Assembly (NCBI GenBank): GCA_964557295.1
Contig: CAZKZP010000001.1
Span: 43,798 to 93,545, forward strand
Direction: 5' to 3'
Source: an uncultured Chromatiales bacterium
Lineage (GTDB): Bacteria > Pseudomonadota > Gammaproteobacteria > RBG-16-57-12
Length of the DNA: 49,748 nt
Position 1 is the first letter of the stretch. The number at the start of each line of letters is the position of its first letter. The translations under genes and the position numbers were made by a program. Below the pieces are notes generated by a model. The model ran no database searches and was not told the origin of the DNA. It saw only the letters and a list, made by a program, of their open reading frames with translations. Positions 41,701 through 49,748 of this stretch are shown here, piece after piece.

Positions 41701-42731
41701 CCGCGGGCTCCACGGTGAGGGCGGACACCGTGGTACTCGAGGGTGTCGGCGAATTTGGCACCACCCTGGACGCCATCGACACCGCCATCACCACGCTCGA
41801 CCTGCGCAACGCCGGCCCGGTGTATATCAGTGAATCCGCCGGGTTGAATCTTCGCACGACCGGTAACGTGACCAACACGGGCGCTTTTGTCATCAAAGGC
41901 GCCACCGCGATCGATGCGGGCGGTGGCAGTTTGAGGCTCGACAATGCCGCCAATGATTTCGACATGGTATACGTGAACAATGCGGCAGCGATTGAGCTGC
42001 GCGACGCCAACGATATTAAAGGTGGCGATATGACGGCGGGCAGCATCACCCTGCAAGCGGCGAGCGGGGTGGGTACCACCGCCGTTCCACTAAAGACGCA
42101 CACCGCGAAACTCACCATCACCAATAACTCGAATGGCGTTTACGTGGCGAATGATCAGGCGATGACCGTCAGCATAGTCAACAAGGGCGACATCGAAGTG
42201 CAGAACGCCGGCAATCTCACCGTCGAAAAATTGTTTGCCAACGGTGGTGACTATTCCTCAAACGCATTTGCCGGCGGCTCAGGCGTCGTTACCCTGAACG
42301 TGTCTGGCGGCGGTGCCGTGACGGCGAGCGGCAGCCACAGTGCCGCAGAGGCGCCCGATATCATCGGCACGTCCCTGCTGGTAATGAACGCACCCTTTGG
42401 CACAACCGGGCGGCGGATGAGCATCATGGTGCCGCAAACGTTCGGGTACTATGGTCCGCGCGGTCGCGGCTACGTTTATTACTATGGCGTTGAGCCTGAT
42501 GTCGTTGTCGGTAAAGAAAATCTGGCGGTATCCCCTGATCTGCTCGGCCTCTCCAATCAGCAACTGGTCGGGGTGGAAGCGCTGGCGAATCTCGATCCGG
42601 CGGTTTTCACGGAAATACGGAATTATTATTACGAAGACGTTGCCATCCGGTTACCTGACGATCAACGGTATGACTATGATGATGAAGAGGAAGAGGAACG
42701 CAAAAGACGCAAGGAAGCCATCGAGCAATAA
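35703..42731 (+). CDS. Large filamentous haemagglutinin-family (TpsA-like) exoprotein/adhesin, 2342 aa
   Basis: Signal peptide, TPS domain with NPNG, GGFIETSG and GTWLIDP motifs, Gly/Thr-rich repeats, acidic C-terminal tail. Confidence 0.88.
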   Translation: MEKNMARLQNFRMRTISALVHVAGCSLFLLNIPIVHAAPSGGAVVGGAGSIDQSGVTTTINQASQHMAIDWQSYNVNANERVHYIQPNASSISLNRILSNQGSTIAGRIDANGQVILVNPNGILFTPTSVLNVGGLIASGLDIRPDDFLNGHYIFNEVLGTDGGVANSGLITASLGGNVALLGRHVENNGVIVANLGTVNLAAGKETVLTFDNEGLLGVRVTKEILQSELGVDPAVANSGQIQAHGGRVLLTASASQDVFSRAVNTDGLHEATSVVVHEDGSFTLGDGADVINSGTINTSATSSNSTIGRIVLIGENVTSSGTLKADAVSGNGGEIELHAKDTTLLTNDSMTSARSESNGNGGTIKVLGDKVGLLDQASVDASGATGGGQVLIGGDQEGKNPLVRNANFIYLAEQSQIDAGAIDYGEGGKIIAFAEDTARIFGNLSARGGRNGGNGGFIETSGLRNFEITSVPDVSAIAGNGGTWLIDPYDLTISNVDDVTGCVNVNYSASGCRGGSPPVYLSSPFSSTGAGAVLDSDLIVRALRSSNVKIVTGDGAGSGDITLTSSADIDYNGVGAGDRTLILEAARNIDFQSGSSVYDGESSSVDKLNVVLLAGAGGAVTLQAGASITTQGGNFYVGYDGTTVKPVTSFTNNGTVKSAGAFDQAGGDVRIEASGAVTSTSLDAHGGSTGDSGNGATDRAGKAGGDVMINAGSVTVSGLIDTSGSAGTYDANKDGNNGQDGGNGGLVDITTSSGNIAVGAIQTTGGAAAGDYTGGTVDTGNGGDAGSIRLTVSGPSTITLHGDLTATGALGYISGTTGSHGSGGSIALDGNTVLASSVTLDASGATDTVVAIPTSGDVAFSGDLNATSAGAQNIEIKGRDVALHAIGNNRPLGALTVNAIRSIALSGNVATSGAVSMNFGSASGGTFTVDPDLSFTTVGGMTVTGGAHDDTFNVYSLFTGTVNGGGGTDTLTGPDGSSHDWSITSAGGGTLDTRLTFAGMESLTGGAGDDTFAFALGGSISGTVSGGVGNNRLIGRDAGNTWNIAASNTGVVSAGSGNYVSFTGIQNLTGGNGSDTFNFTQPSSAITGTIDGGVAGGTNSLSLAGRNGTHTFTLSGVGAGDVRGTGATSADIVNQFSNIQSLLGGSGVDTLIAPDAAVTWTIDAAKGGRIETNLGFAAMEHLIGALTHDDTFNFSVAPATANVTVDGGGQATVDTVSFAGVGGAVSFTLGTAGFANIEHFAGNTTDSTLIGEDNANTWEITAAKAGNVGGITFTGFTTLMGGTANDEYTFRVTPAVAAMTIDAGTGVDRVDLSTVTDPVSVQLGATGFSNIEYLTGNDGAINTLTGDNTANTWTLTGAHAGTVSGVNFTGFTTLIGALNQNDTFNFMVHPDVAAVTLDGRGQTGSGVGDAVSFAALTGQAVNVQLGTASISNIERYTGNNTNSTLTGGDGANTWTLTGVNDGTINSITFVDFNHLTGGNGIDSFTINGGGLTGLLNGGGGGDTLTLPTAVATTVKVVNTPPATVDNPANTVTVYQFETLTGNSNRAHTLVGPDSGTTWSINGVNSGNISFGTTVYFTGFANLSGGAADDMFTLTSSSTPELVTGMLSGGGHATGDKLTLAGMTGAAAGAAVRLSTLATDDAIDITEVEQIAGNNNSTLRAADSANTWMINDANDGTITSTAGTVSFSDMRTLQGGSDDDTFQVSFNGAMTAAIDGGGQRSADIADYSGQPSVMLNVGSNAFSGITGLEGVRGNGTNSTLKGPTPSAGTAAVTWTVDGLNRGKVSYDDNTQTLAFEGFNYLAGGNGMDAFVINGGALENIMNGVPGMISGGAGTNSLSINLAGTGVFSGGINYIGGTATDAITVNNHSAHRYLATYSPAVDFTDLNNTANAGPFEQLSYRYTDADAGIDQKFELNYRHAEAVTSEQLVDTLTVLGVDNNSAPETLTLRAGGFEVGGSSPVTFANVSNITLDGRGGADAIALDNPSVTGTLRLTAEAVTDTAGSTVRADTVVLEGVGEFGTTLDAIDTAITTLDLRNAGPVYISESAGLNLRTTGNVTNTGAFVIKGATAIDAGGGSLRLDNAANDFDMVYVNNAAAIELRDANDIKGGDMTAGSITLQAASGVGTTAVPLKTHTAKLTITNNSNGVYVANDQAMTVSIVNKGDIEVQNAGNLTVEKLFANGGDYSSNAFAGGSGVVTLNVSGGGAVTASGSHSAAEAPDIIGTSLLVMNAPFGTTGRRMSIMVPQTFGYYGPRGRGYVYYYGVEPDVVVGKENLAVSPDLLGLSNQQLVGVEALANLDPAVFTEIRNYYYEDVAIRLPDDQRYDYDDEEEEERKRRKEAIEQ
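38560..41200 (+). repeat. Intragenic ~95-100 aa repeats in the exoprotein (ANTWxI...G...F.G...LxGG..DxF)
   Basis: GCCAACACCTGG-type anchors near 39468, 39753, 40056 and 40695. The first three are about 285-303 bp apart. Bounds approximate. Confidence 0.65.
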
Positions 42732-42747
42732 AATAGGGAACTTCTGA

Positions 42748-42925
42748 TTTATTAATCCGGCGATCAATTACATCTGATGTAGGAGCCATCTTTAGATGGC
42801 GATCATCGCAGCGGTGTCTGATCGCAAGCTAAAGCTTCCGTTCCGGACTCACGCCCTTGCCTACCTCCATGTAGGCAAAGCTTGCTCCTACAGCAGCAGG
42901 TATCTTTATCCGCCAGGTTAGTAAC
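42748..42925 (-). repeat. MITE/REPIN-like element, family A copy 2, with a 46-bp insertion
   Basis: Reverse complement of 26164-26295 plus extra sequence 42838-42883 bounded by a direct AAAGCTT repeat. Confidence 0.85.
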
Positions 42926-42950
42926 ATCAGGTGAAGCATTCAGAGCTTCC

Positions 42951-43394
42951 CTAGTCATTGATCAACGCCGCCGCCACTCCGCGGCCGTCCGCCATCAGGA
43001 TGTTGTAGGTGCGGCAGGCGGCGGCGGTGTCCATGACTTCCACCCCAATCCCTCTTTGCAGAAACGCTCGGGTCACGGCGAGATCCGGGAAGCGCTGGCG
43101 CGTGCCGGTGCCGAGCAAGATGATTTCCTGGGGGTATGCCAGCAACACCGCGAGGTTTTCCGCGGAAAGCTCGGCAAAGGTCTGCGGGGGCCAGTCGCGG
43201 ATGAGGGTTTGCGGCATGAGGATCAGGCTGCGGGTGAAGACCTCTTCCTGGAAGATCGGCCGGCCGTTGGCGTCGCGCTGAATGTGCGCTTCCGGCCGGG
43301 CTGGGTCGAGCAACGGATGTTGCACGGTGATTTTTCCGCGCTCGTAGCGACGGATGCTGTAGGCCGCGTGGTTAAATTCAAGATTGACTTGCAT
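42951..43394 (-). CDS. Mth938-like domain protein
   Basis: EIILLGTG, GIGVEVMDTAAACRTYNILMADGRGVAAAL. Confidence 0.92.
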   Translation of the reverse strand: MQVNLEFNHAAYSIRRYERGKITVQHPLLDPARPEAHIQRDANGRPIFQEEVFTRSLILMPQTLIRDWPPQTFAELSAENLAVLLAYPQEIILLGTGTRQRFPDLAVTRAFLQRGIGVEVMDTAAACRTYNILMADGRGVAAALIND

Positions 43395-43598
43395 TAGCTG
43401 GTTGCCGTTTCAGTTCGGATCGATCGCCAAAAGATAGCATGGTTGACGGTGATTATCAGTGAAAGTAATGTTAGAATCTGTCGTTTTTTATGACGAAGCC
43501 AGTGAAATTGCGGCCGATTCCATGCCCGCGCGAGTCCCGGGCACGGCGGTCTATTTTCCTGGCGGATTCCGTGATGCCGTTGCATTTGTTATTTGTGA

Positions 43599-44795
43599 GT
43601 GATTGCCTTGAAAGACGAATTTCAAAGAATTAAGCGCTTACCGCCTTATGTATTCAATATCGTGGGTGAATTGAAGGCCAAGGCGCGCGCGCGCGGGGAA
43701 GATATCATCGATTTCGGGATGGGGAATCCGGATCAGCCCACCCCGCAGCACATCGTAGACAAGTTGGTCGAGGTGTCCCAGCGCAGCAATACCCACCGGT
43801 ATTCGGTGTCCAAGGGGATCCCCCGGCTACGCCGGGCGATCTGCAACTGGTACCGGGACCGCTACCAGGTCGAGCTGGACATGGACAGCGAGGCCATCGT
43901 GACCATCGGTTCCAAGGAAGGCCTGTCGCATCTCGCCCTGGCGACGGTTGGGCCGGGCGATGCGGTCATGGTGCCCAATCCCTCGTACCCCATCCATCCC
44001 TACGGCTTTGTGATCGCCGGCGCGGACATCCGTCATGTGCCGATGGTTCCGGGTGTGAACTTCTTCGAAGAGCTGGTCAAGGCGATCAAGGATTCCTGGC
44101 CCAAGCCCAAGATGCTGATCCTGAATTTCCCCGGCAACCCCACCACCCAGTGCGTCGAGCTGGACTTCTTCGAGAAGGTGGTGGCCATCGCCAAGGAACA
44201 CGAGATCTGGGTGGTCCATGACCTGGCCTACACCGACATCGTCTTCGACGGCTACAAGGCGCCCTCCATTCTGCAAGTACCCGGCGCGAAGGACGTGGCG
44301 GTGGAGTTCTTCACCCTCTCCAAGAGTTACAACATGCCTGGCTGGCGCATCGGTTTCATGTGCGGCAACAAGACGCTGGTCTCGGCCCTGGCGCGCATCA
44401 AGTCGTACATGGACTACGGGATGTTCACCCCCGTGCAGGTCGCAGCCATCACCGCGCTGGAAGGTCCGCAGGACTGCGTGCAGGAGATCTGCGAACGTTA
44501 TCGCCGCCGCCGCGATGTGCTGTGCGACGGCCTCAACAGCATCGGCTGGGCGGTGGAACGGCCCAAGGCGACCATGTTCGTGTGGGCGCCGATCCCCGAA
44601 CAGTACAAGCATCTCGGCTCGCTGGAGTTCTCCAAGCGCCTGCTGGAGGAGGCCAAGGTCGCCGTGTCGCCGGGCATCGGTTTTGGTGACTACGGCGATG
44701 ATCACGTGCGTTTCAGTCTGATCGAAAACGAACACCGCACCCGCCAGGCCGTGCGCGGCATCCGTGACATGTTCCGCAAGGACGGATTGCTCTAG
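43599..44795 (+). CDS. alaC: Alanine transaminase AlaC (class I/II PLP aminotransferase)
   Basis: [40 protein letters not shown]. Typical alaC-hom-thrC order. Confidence 0.92.
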   Translation: MIALKDEFQRIKRLPPYVFNIVGELKAKARARGEDIIDFGMGNPDQPTPQHIVDKLVEVSQRSNTHRYSVSKGIPRLRRAICNWYRDRYQVELDMDSEAIVTIGSKEGLSHLALATVGPGDAVMVPNPSYPIHPYGFVIAGADIRHVPMVPGVNFFEELVKAIKDSWPKPKMLILNFPGNPTTQCVELDFFEKVVAIAKEHEIWVVHDLAYTDIVFDGYKAPSILQVPGAKDVAVEFFTLSKSYNMPGWRIGFMCGNKTLVSALARIKSYMDYGMFTPVQVAAITALEGPQDCVQEICERYRRRRDVLCDGLNSIGWAVERPKATMFVWAPIPEQYKHLGSLEFSKRLLEEAKVAVSPGIGFGDYGDDHVRFSLIENEHRTRQAVRGIRDMFRKDGLL

Positions 44796-44846
44796 CCCGA
44801 TATACCAGGGCTGCGGCGATGAGCACCGTTTAGTAACATAAGCCGT

Positions 44847-45018
44847 ATTATTAGCCCGGCAATTAAATATATCTGCCAGGCATCTTAAAATCGTCCCTTC
44901 TCCCTCAGGGAGAAGGACAGGATGAGGGAGTAAAATCAATATATCCTCCCTCACCCTAACCCTCTCCCTCAGGGAGAGGGAATAAAAAAGCAGATCTATT
45001 TTGTTGCCGGTTTTATAG
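44847..45018 (-). repeat. MITE-like element, family B copy 2 (uninterrupted)
   Basis: TTATTAGCCCGGC...GCCGGTTTTATA ends, containing CCCTCACCCTAACCCTCTCCCTCAGGGAGAGGG. Inverted copy of 29184-29426. Confidence 0.85.
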
Positions 45019-45085
45019 CACCTTGTGCCTTCCAAGCGGCTCCCGCGAGTTGCTTTAAGGCGTGATTGATACAGTGGGAGAACGA

Positions 45086-46405
45086 ATGAGCCAGATCAAA
45101 GTCGGTATTCTGGGATTGGGCACCGTGGGCGGCGGCACCATCAATGTGCTGGCGCGCAATCGTGAAGAGATTTCCCGCCGGGCTGGCAACGAAATCGTCG
45201 TGGTCCATGCCTCGGCGCGCGATTTGAGCAAGCCGCGTATCTGCGACACCACCGGCATCAAGCTGACGACCAATCCCGCCGAGGTGGTCAATGACCCGCA
45301 GGTGCAGGTCGTGGTGGAGTTGATTGGCGGGGATGGTCTGGCCTATGAACTGGTCATGTCGGCGATCGCGCAGGGTAAACACGTGGTCACCGCCAACAAG
45401 GCGCTGATCGCCAAACACGGCAACGAGATCTTCGCCAAGGCGCAGGAGAAGGGCGTGATGGTCGCCTTCGAGGCCGCGGTCGCCGGCGGCATCCCCATCA
45501 TCAAGGCGCTGCGCGAAGGGTTGGCCGCCAACCGCATCGAGTGGCTGGCCGGTATCATCAACGGTACCGGCAATTTCATCCTCACCGAGATGCGTGAGAA
45601 GGGGAGGGACTTCGCTGACGTGCTTGCCGAGGCGCAGCGTCTGGGCTATGCCGAAGCCGATCCCACGTTTGATGTGGAAGGCATCGACGCCGCGCACAAA
45701 CTCACCATCCTGGCCTCGATCGCCTTCGGCATCCCGTTGCAATTCAAGAAGACCTACACCGAGGGCATCAGCCGCATCAGCCGCGAGGACGTGGAATACG
45801 CCGAGAAGCTCGGCTACCGCATCAAGCACCTCGGGATTGCGCGGCGCACTGCGAAAGGCGTGGAGATGCGCGTGCATCCCACCCTGATCCCCGAGCGGCG
45901 CCTGATCGCCAACGTCAATGGTGTGATGAACGCCGTGCTGGTCAAGGGCGATGCGGTCGGCCCCACCCTGTTCTACGGCGCCGGCGCCGGTGCCGAGCCG
46001 ACCGCCTCGGCGGTGGTCGCCGATCTGGTGGATGTGGCGCGCACCCTGACCATCGATCCCGAAAACCGCGTGCCGCACCTGGCCTTCCAGCCCGACGCGC
46101 TGTCCGACATCCCGGTGCTGGGCATGAACGAGGTCGAGACGGCCTATTATCTGCGCCTCACCGCGCAGGATCGCCCCGGCGTGCTGGCCGATGTCACGCG
46201 CATCCTGGCCGATCGCGCCATCAGCATCGAGGCCATCCTGCAGCAAGAGCCGGTCGACGGCGAGGAAGAGAACGAGGTGCCGGTGATCATCCTCACGCAC
46301 CGCGTGCTGGAGAAGAATATGAACGAGGCGATCGCCGCGATCGAGGCGCTCGACAGCATCAGCAAGAAGGTGGTGCGCATTCGTCTCGAAGACCTATCGA
46401 AATAA
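45086..46405 (+). CDS. hom: Homoserine dehydrogenase with ACT domain
   Basis: GLGTVGGG, VVTANKAL, FEAAVAGGIP, GYAEADPTFDVEGID, and ACT motif DRPGVLA. Confidence 0.96.
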   Translation: MSQIKVGILGLGTVGGGTINVLARNREEISRRAGNEIVVVHASARDLSKPRICDTTGIKLTTNPAEVVNDPQVQVVVELIGGDGLAYELVMSAIAQGKHVVTANKALIAKHGNEIFAKAQEKGVMVAFEAAVAGGIPIIKALREGLAANRIEWLAGIINGTGNFILTEMREKGRDFADVLAEAQRLGYAEADPTFDVEGIDAAHKLTILASIAFGIPLQFKKTYTEGISRISREDVEYAEKLGYRIKHLGIARRTAKGVEMRVHPTLIPERRLIANVNGVMNAVLVKGDAVGPTLFYGAGAGAEPTASAVVADLVDVARTLTIDPENRVPHLAFQPDALSDIPVLGMNEVETAYYLRLTAQDRPGVLADVTRILADRAISIEAILQQEPVDGEEENEVPVIILTHRVLEKNMNEAIAAIEALDSISKKVVRIRLEDLSK

Positions 46406-46425
46406 GCATTTGAGGAAGAACCAAC

Positions 46426-47505
46426 ATGCCATTCAGAAATCGTTACACCGGCCTGATCGATGCCTACCGTGATCGCCTGCCGGTGCATGATGACACCCGC
46501 ATCATCAGCCTGGGCGAGGGCAATACGCCGCTCATCCGCTTGAACAACATCCCGCGCCAGCTCGCCAAGGATGTCGACATCTACGTGAAATACGAAGGCC
46601 TCAATCCGACCGGCTCATTCAAGGATCGCGGCATGACCATGGCCGTGACCAAGGCCGTGGAGGAAGGCTCGAAGGCGATCATCTGCGCCTCCACCGGCAA
46701 CACCTCCGCATCGGCCGCGGCGTATGCCTCGCGCGCCGGCATCAAGGCCTTCGTGCTGATCCCCGAGGGCAAGATCGCGCTCGGCAAGCTGTCGCAGGCG
46801 ATGATGCACGGGGCGGTGGTGATCCAGATCAAGGGCAACTTCGATGAAGGCATGCGTCTGGTCAAGGAACTCGGTGACCAAGCGCCGGTGACCATCGTCA
46901 ACTCCATCAACCCCTATCGTCTGCAAGGCCAGAAGACCGCCGCCTTCGAGATCCTGGAAGAGCTCGGCTGCGCGCCGGACTTCCATTGTCTGCCCGTGGG
47001 CAACGCCGGCAACATCACCGCGCACTGGATGGGCTACACCGAATATCACGAGCACGGCATCGTCAACGGCCTGCCGCGCATGGTCGGTTATCAGGCCGCC
47101 GGTTCCGCGCCCTTCCTGCGCGGCCACATGGTCGACAATCCCGAGACCATCGCCACGGCGATCCGCATCGGCCATCCGCAATCCTGGGACAAGGCGTGGA
47201 AGGCCCAGAAGGACTCCGATGGTTGGTTCGACGAGTGCACCGACGCGGAAATCCTCTCCGCGCAGAAGCTGCTGGCTGAAAAGGAAGGCGTGTTCTGCGA
47301 ACCGGCCTCCGCCACCTCGCTGGCCGGCGCGCTGCGCGATATCAACTCCGGCAAGATTCCGGAGGGCAGCAAGATCGTCTGCACCCTGACCGGCCACGGT
47401 CTGAAGGATCCGGACACTGCAATCCAACAAAGCACCTCGCCGATGATCGTCGCCGAAGCGAAGATGGACGCCGTGAAGAAGGCCATCCTGGACAACATGG
47501 CGTGA
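46426..47505 (+). CDS. thrC: Threonine synthase
   Basis: [41 protein letters not shown]. Confidence 0.96.
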   Translation: MPFRNRYTGLIDAYRDRLPVHDDTRIISLGEGNTPLIRLNNIPRQLAKDVDIYVKYEGLNPTGSFKDRGMTMAVTKAVEEGSKAIICASTGNTSASAAAYASRAGIKAFVLIPEGKIALGKLSQAMMHGAVVIQIKGNFDEGMRLVKELGDQAPVTIVNSINPYRLQGQKTAAFEILEELGCAPDFHCLPVGNAGNITAHWMGYTEYHEHGIVNGLPRMVGYQAAGSAPFLRGHMVDNPETIATAIRIGHPQSWDKAWKAQKDSDGWFDECTDAEILSAQKLLAEKEGVFCEPASATSLAGALRDINSGKIPEGSKIVCTLTGHGLKDPDTAIQQSTSPMIVAEAKMDAVKKAILDNMA

Positions 47506-47534
47506 TCGCATCGGCGGGCGGAGGTCCGCGCAAG

Positions 47535-47568
47535 ACGCAAAGATTCGCTGAATCTTTGCGTTTTTTTT
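47535..47568 (+). terminator. Intrinsic terminator after thrC
   Basis: 12-bp stem ACGCAAAGATTC/GAATCTTTGCGT followed by a T run. Confidence 0.8.
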
Positions 47569-47583
47569 GCGTACGAATTTTTT

Positions 47584-47653
47584 CTGTAGGAGCAAGCTTC
47601 AGCTTGCGATCTGCTGTCACATCGATGATCGCCATCTAAAGATGGCTCCTACA
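47584..47653 (+). repeat. Family A core only (TGTAGGAGC...GCTCCTACA REP doublet)
   Basis: Matches about 26196-26265 but lacks the outer TATTAACC terminal repeats. Confidence 0.82.
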
Positions 47654-47684
47654 TTGCGGCCTGATTTGATGCGGGATTGGTACG

Positions 47685-48569
47685 ATGGAGTTCTGGATCG
47701 CGGCAAGCCTCGTGGCGATGGCCGCCAACGTCGGCAAGGTGCTGCTGGTCAAGACGCGTTGCCAGCACATCGACTCCTGGCGGCTGTTGTTCTATGCCCG
47801 CGCCACCCCCGCCGTCGTTTTGTGCGCTGCGCTGTTCTTCGTCGACTATCGCATCCATGATGCCGCTGTCTTCTGGTTGGCCACACTCACCGCCGCGCTG
47901 ATCACCCTCGGCGCCAGCCTGCTGTACCTGTATGCCGTCAAGGCGGGGGATCTCATTGTCGTCACGCCGATACAGGCCAGCATCCCGATCTTCATGATCC
48001 CCTGCATGTATGTTCTGTACGGTGAGGCGCCGCCCGCCCAGGCCTTGTGGTTCATCGTGCTGATCATCGCCTCCGTGTCGGTCGCGCTGTTTTCCTCCAG
48101 TCGCGACCCGATACCCGCCCGCCACCCGACCCGAGTCCGCGCCGCGCTGGCCTCGCTGGCGGCGGCAGCATTGTTCGGTATTTCCACCGTGCTGGATCGC
48201 GTCGCCATCACCGCGGCGAGCAATGGCGCGTTGGTGTTTTCGGCGTATTGGAATCTGATCACCGTCGTGCTGTTGTTGCCGGCGTGGTTTTACCTGCGCA
48301 AATCCGCCACGGCCGGTGCACTGCGCCTGCCCGAGGTTCGGTACTATGTCGTCGCGGTGCTGGTGGCGTTTGTCGCACAACAATACGCCGTGCAATTCTC
48401 CTTGGCGCTGGAAAACGGCGTGACCTATGTAAAGACCATTGTCATGACCCACATCGTCTTCGCCGCGCTGTTCGGAATTATTGTGTTGCAGGAGAAAACA
48501 CGACCCGCCGTGCTGATTGCCAGTCTGATGACCATGATCGGCGGCGTGGGTTTGCTGTGGTCGATCTGA
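47685..48569 (+). CDS. EamA/DMT family transporter
   Basis: About 10 hydrophobic helices in two repeats, LYGEAP and IVLQEK motifs. Confidence 0.8.
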   Translation: MEFWIAASLVAMAANVGKVLLVKTRCQHIDSWRLLFYARATPAVVLCAALFFVDYRIHDAAVFWLATLTAALITLGASLLYLYAVKAGDLIVVTPIQASIPIFMIPCMYVLYGEAPPAQALWFIVLIIASVSVALFSSSRDPIPARHPTRVRAALASLAAAALFGISTVLDRVAITAASNGALVFSAYWNLITVVLLLPAWFYLRKSATAGALRLPEVRYYVVAVLVAFVAQQYAVQFSLALENGVTYVKTIVMTHIVFAALFGIIVLQEKTRPAVLIASLMTMIGGVGLLWSI

Positions 48570-48765
48570 GCGACTCGTTTCGTGCTGCTGATTGCGCTCC
48601 TGCGGGCGGTGAGAATATTAGTAATATGTGATAGACGATCGATGCCATTGCGCGGATATCCTCGACGCATTTAGGATAAGCGCGCTTACGTGTGCTTATT
48701 TTACAGCTCGCGGCGGGTCCCCTGGGATTGGAGGATTGCCGCGGGGGACGGCTAAAGGATCCATC

Positions 48766-49748
48766 ATGTTCCGCGGGAAATTCATTTCTCTGTGTCTTAT
48801 CGCGTTTCAAAATTGGTTTTTATGTTCTCTTGCCGGTGCCGGGACTCCGCCGCCGGGGTTTGCCGAACAGAAGATTGGCAGCGGATGGAGTGTCGTCGTC
48901 GGCCTTACTTTCGACGAGGTTGGCCGGCTCTATGCGTGGGAAAAGAGCGGCAAGGTCTGGCGCGTCGATGCAGACGGTGCCAAAGCGAGCACGCCTTTCA
49001 TTGATATCCATGAGGAAGTCGGCGACTGGGGCGACCATGGTCTCCTGGGATTCGCCTTGAGCCCGGACTTTTTCAATGACGGCCATGTGTATCTGTTTTA
49101 TGTCGTCGACCGGCACCATGCGCGCCACTGTCGTGAAAACGCCTCCGGCGTGGGCGAGCCGGTGTGTGCTGCCGCCTACGATCCGGCGGTCGATGAGTAT
49201 TTCGCCGCGAGCATCGGCCGCATCACCCGTTACACCGCGCGGATGCCGGCGGGTGATACGGACTACCGGAATGCGGTGAGCGTGGATCGCTCCAGCCGCA
49301 AGGTGCTGTTGGGTGAGACTATCGAGACTGGCTGTCCGGTCCTATATTACTCACATGGCGTGGGCACACTGCTCTTCGCACACGATGGCAGCCTGATCGC
49401 CACTTGTGGTGATGGCGCCAGTTATTCCATGGCCGATGGCGGTGGCGCGGTCGAATCGTTTTTTCAAGACGCGCTGAATGCGAAGATCATTGCGCCGAAG
49501 GAAAATGTCGGCGCCTTTCGCGCTCAGTTGATCGATTCGCTGAGCGGAAAGATACTGCGCCTCGATCCGCAAAGCGGCGACGGGCTCGCGAGCAATCCGT
49601 ATTTCGATGCCACCGCGCCGCGCGCGGCGCGCTCGCGTGTGTGGGCGCTCGGTCTGCGTAATCCCTATCGCATCACGCTCAAACCGGGCAGCGGCGGCGG
49701 CATCATCAACGCGGGGACGCCCGGCACGTTCCACGTCGGCGATGTGGG
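48766..49748 (+). CDS. PQQ-dependent sugar dehydrogenase (GSDH beta-propeller) family protein, 3'-truncated by the window
   Basis: Manual translation from ATG 48766 (AAAGGA RBS): MFRGKFISLC...PPGFAEQKI...DHGLLGFALSPDF...SHGVGTLLF...CGDGAS...SLSGKILRLDP...WALGLRNPYR. Open to the window end. Confidence 0.82.
   Translation, partial: MFRGKFISLCLIAFQNWFLCSLAGAGTPPPGFAEQKIGSGWSVVVGLTFDEVGRLYAWEKSGKVWRVDADGAKASTPFIDIHEEVGDWGDHGLLGFALSPDFFNDGHVYLFYVVDRHHARHCRENASGVGEPVCAAAYDPAVDEYFAASIGRITRYTARMPAGDTDYRNAVSVDRSSRKVLLGETIETGCPVLYYSHGVGTLLFAHDGSLIATCGDGASYSMADGGGAVESFFQDALNAKIIAPKENVGAFRAQLIDSLSGKILRLDPQSGDGLASNPYFDATAPRAARSRVWALGLRNPYRITLKPGSGGGIINAGTPGTFHVGDV

Noticed and set aside
35703-42731. CdiA contact-dependent inhibition toxin
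   Set aside because: No VENN/DUF637 region, toxin tip or downstream immunity gene. The toxins are separate ORFs.
26164-47653. CRISPR array
   Set aside because: The repeats are dispersed, palindromic and in both orientations, with no regular repeat-spacer period and no cas genes.

Overview
A GC-rich gammaproteobacterial chromosome segment. The housekeeping backbone is pyrG-kdsA-eno-ftsB-ispD-ispF-truD, then smr-surE-pcm-nlpD-rpoS, then Mth938-alaC-hom-thrC. Two accessory regions interrupt it. (1) About 11.4-24.0 kb: two convergent arms. The + arm is a sensing chain (Sel1 protein, orphan substrate-binding protein, HAMP histidine kinase, REC-REC-PAS-GGDEF-EAL). The - arm holds a ThDP-dependent carboligase-like enzyme, a Tse2/Tsi2-like toxin-immunity pair, a TonB-dependent receptor and two degenerate citrate-synthase-fold proteins. 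Together they look like a candidate small-molecule signal make-and-sense locus. (2) About 28.8-42.9 kb: a tandemly duplicated four-gene module of toxin, cognate immunity, lipoprotein and TPS/haemagglutinin gene. Both toxins share a ~165-aa Trp-rich N-terminal domain that I do not recognise, ending in KPATLGPHVG. One carries an HNH tip with SMI1/KNR4 immunity and the other an Ntox15/Tde tip with GAD-like/DUF1851 immunity. Intergenic DNA contains MITE/REP-like elements with shared terminal inverted repeats, several interrupted by 42-48 bp micro-insertions carrying a CATCCATG-type hairpin. No rRNA, tRNA, CRISPR array or transposase was seen. All calls come from motif recognition by eye; no database search was run.
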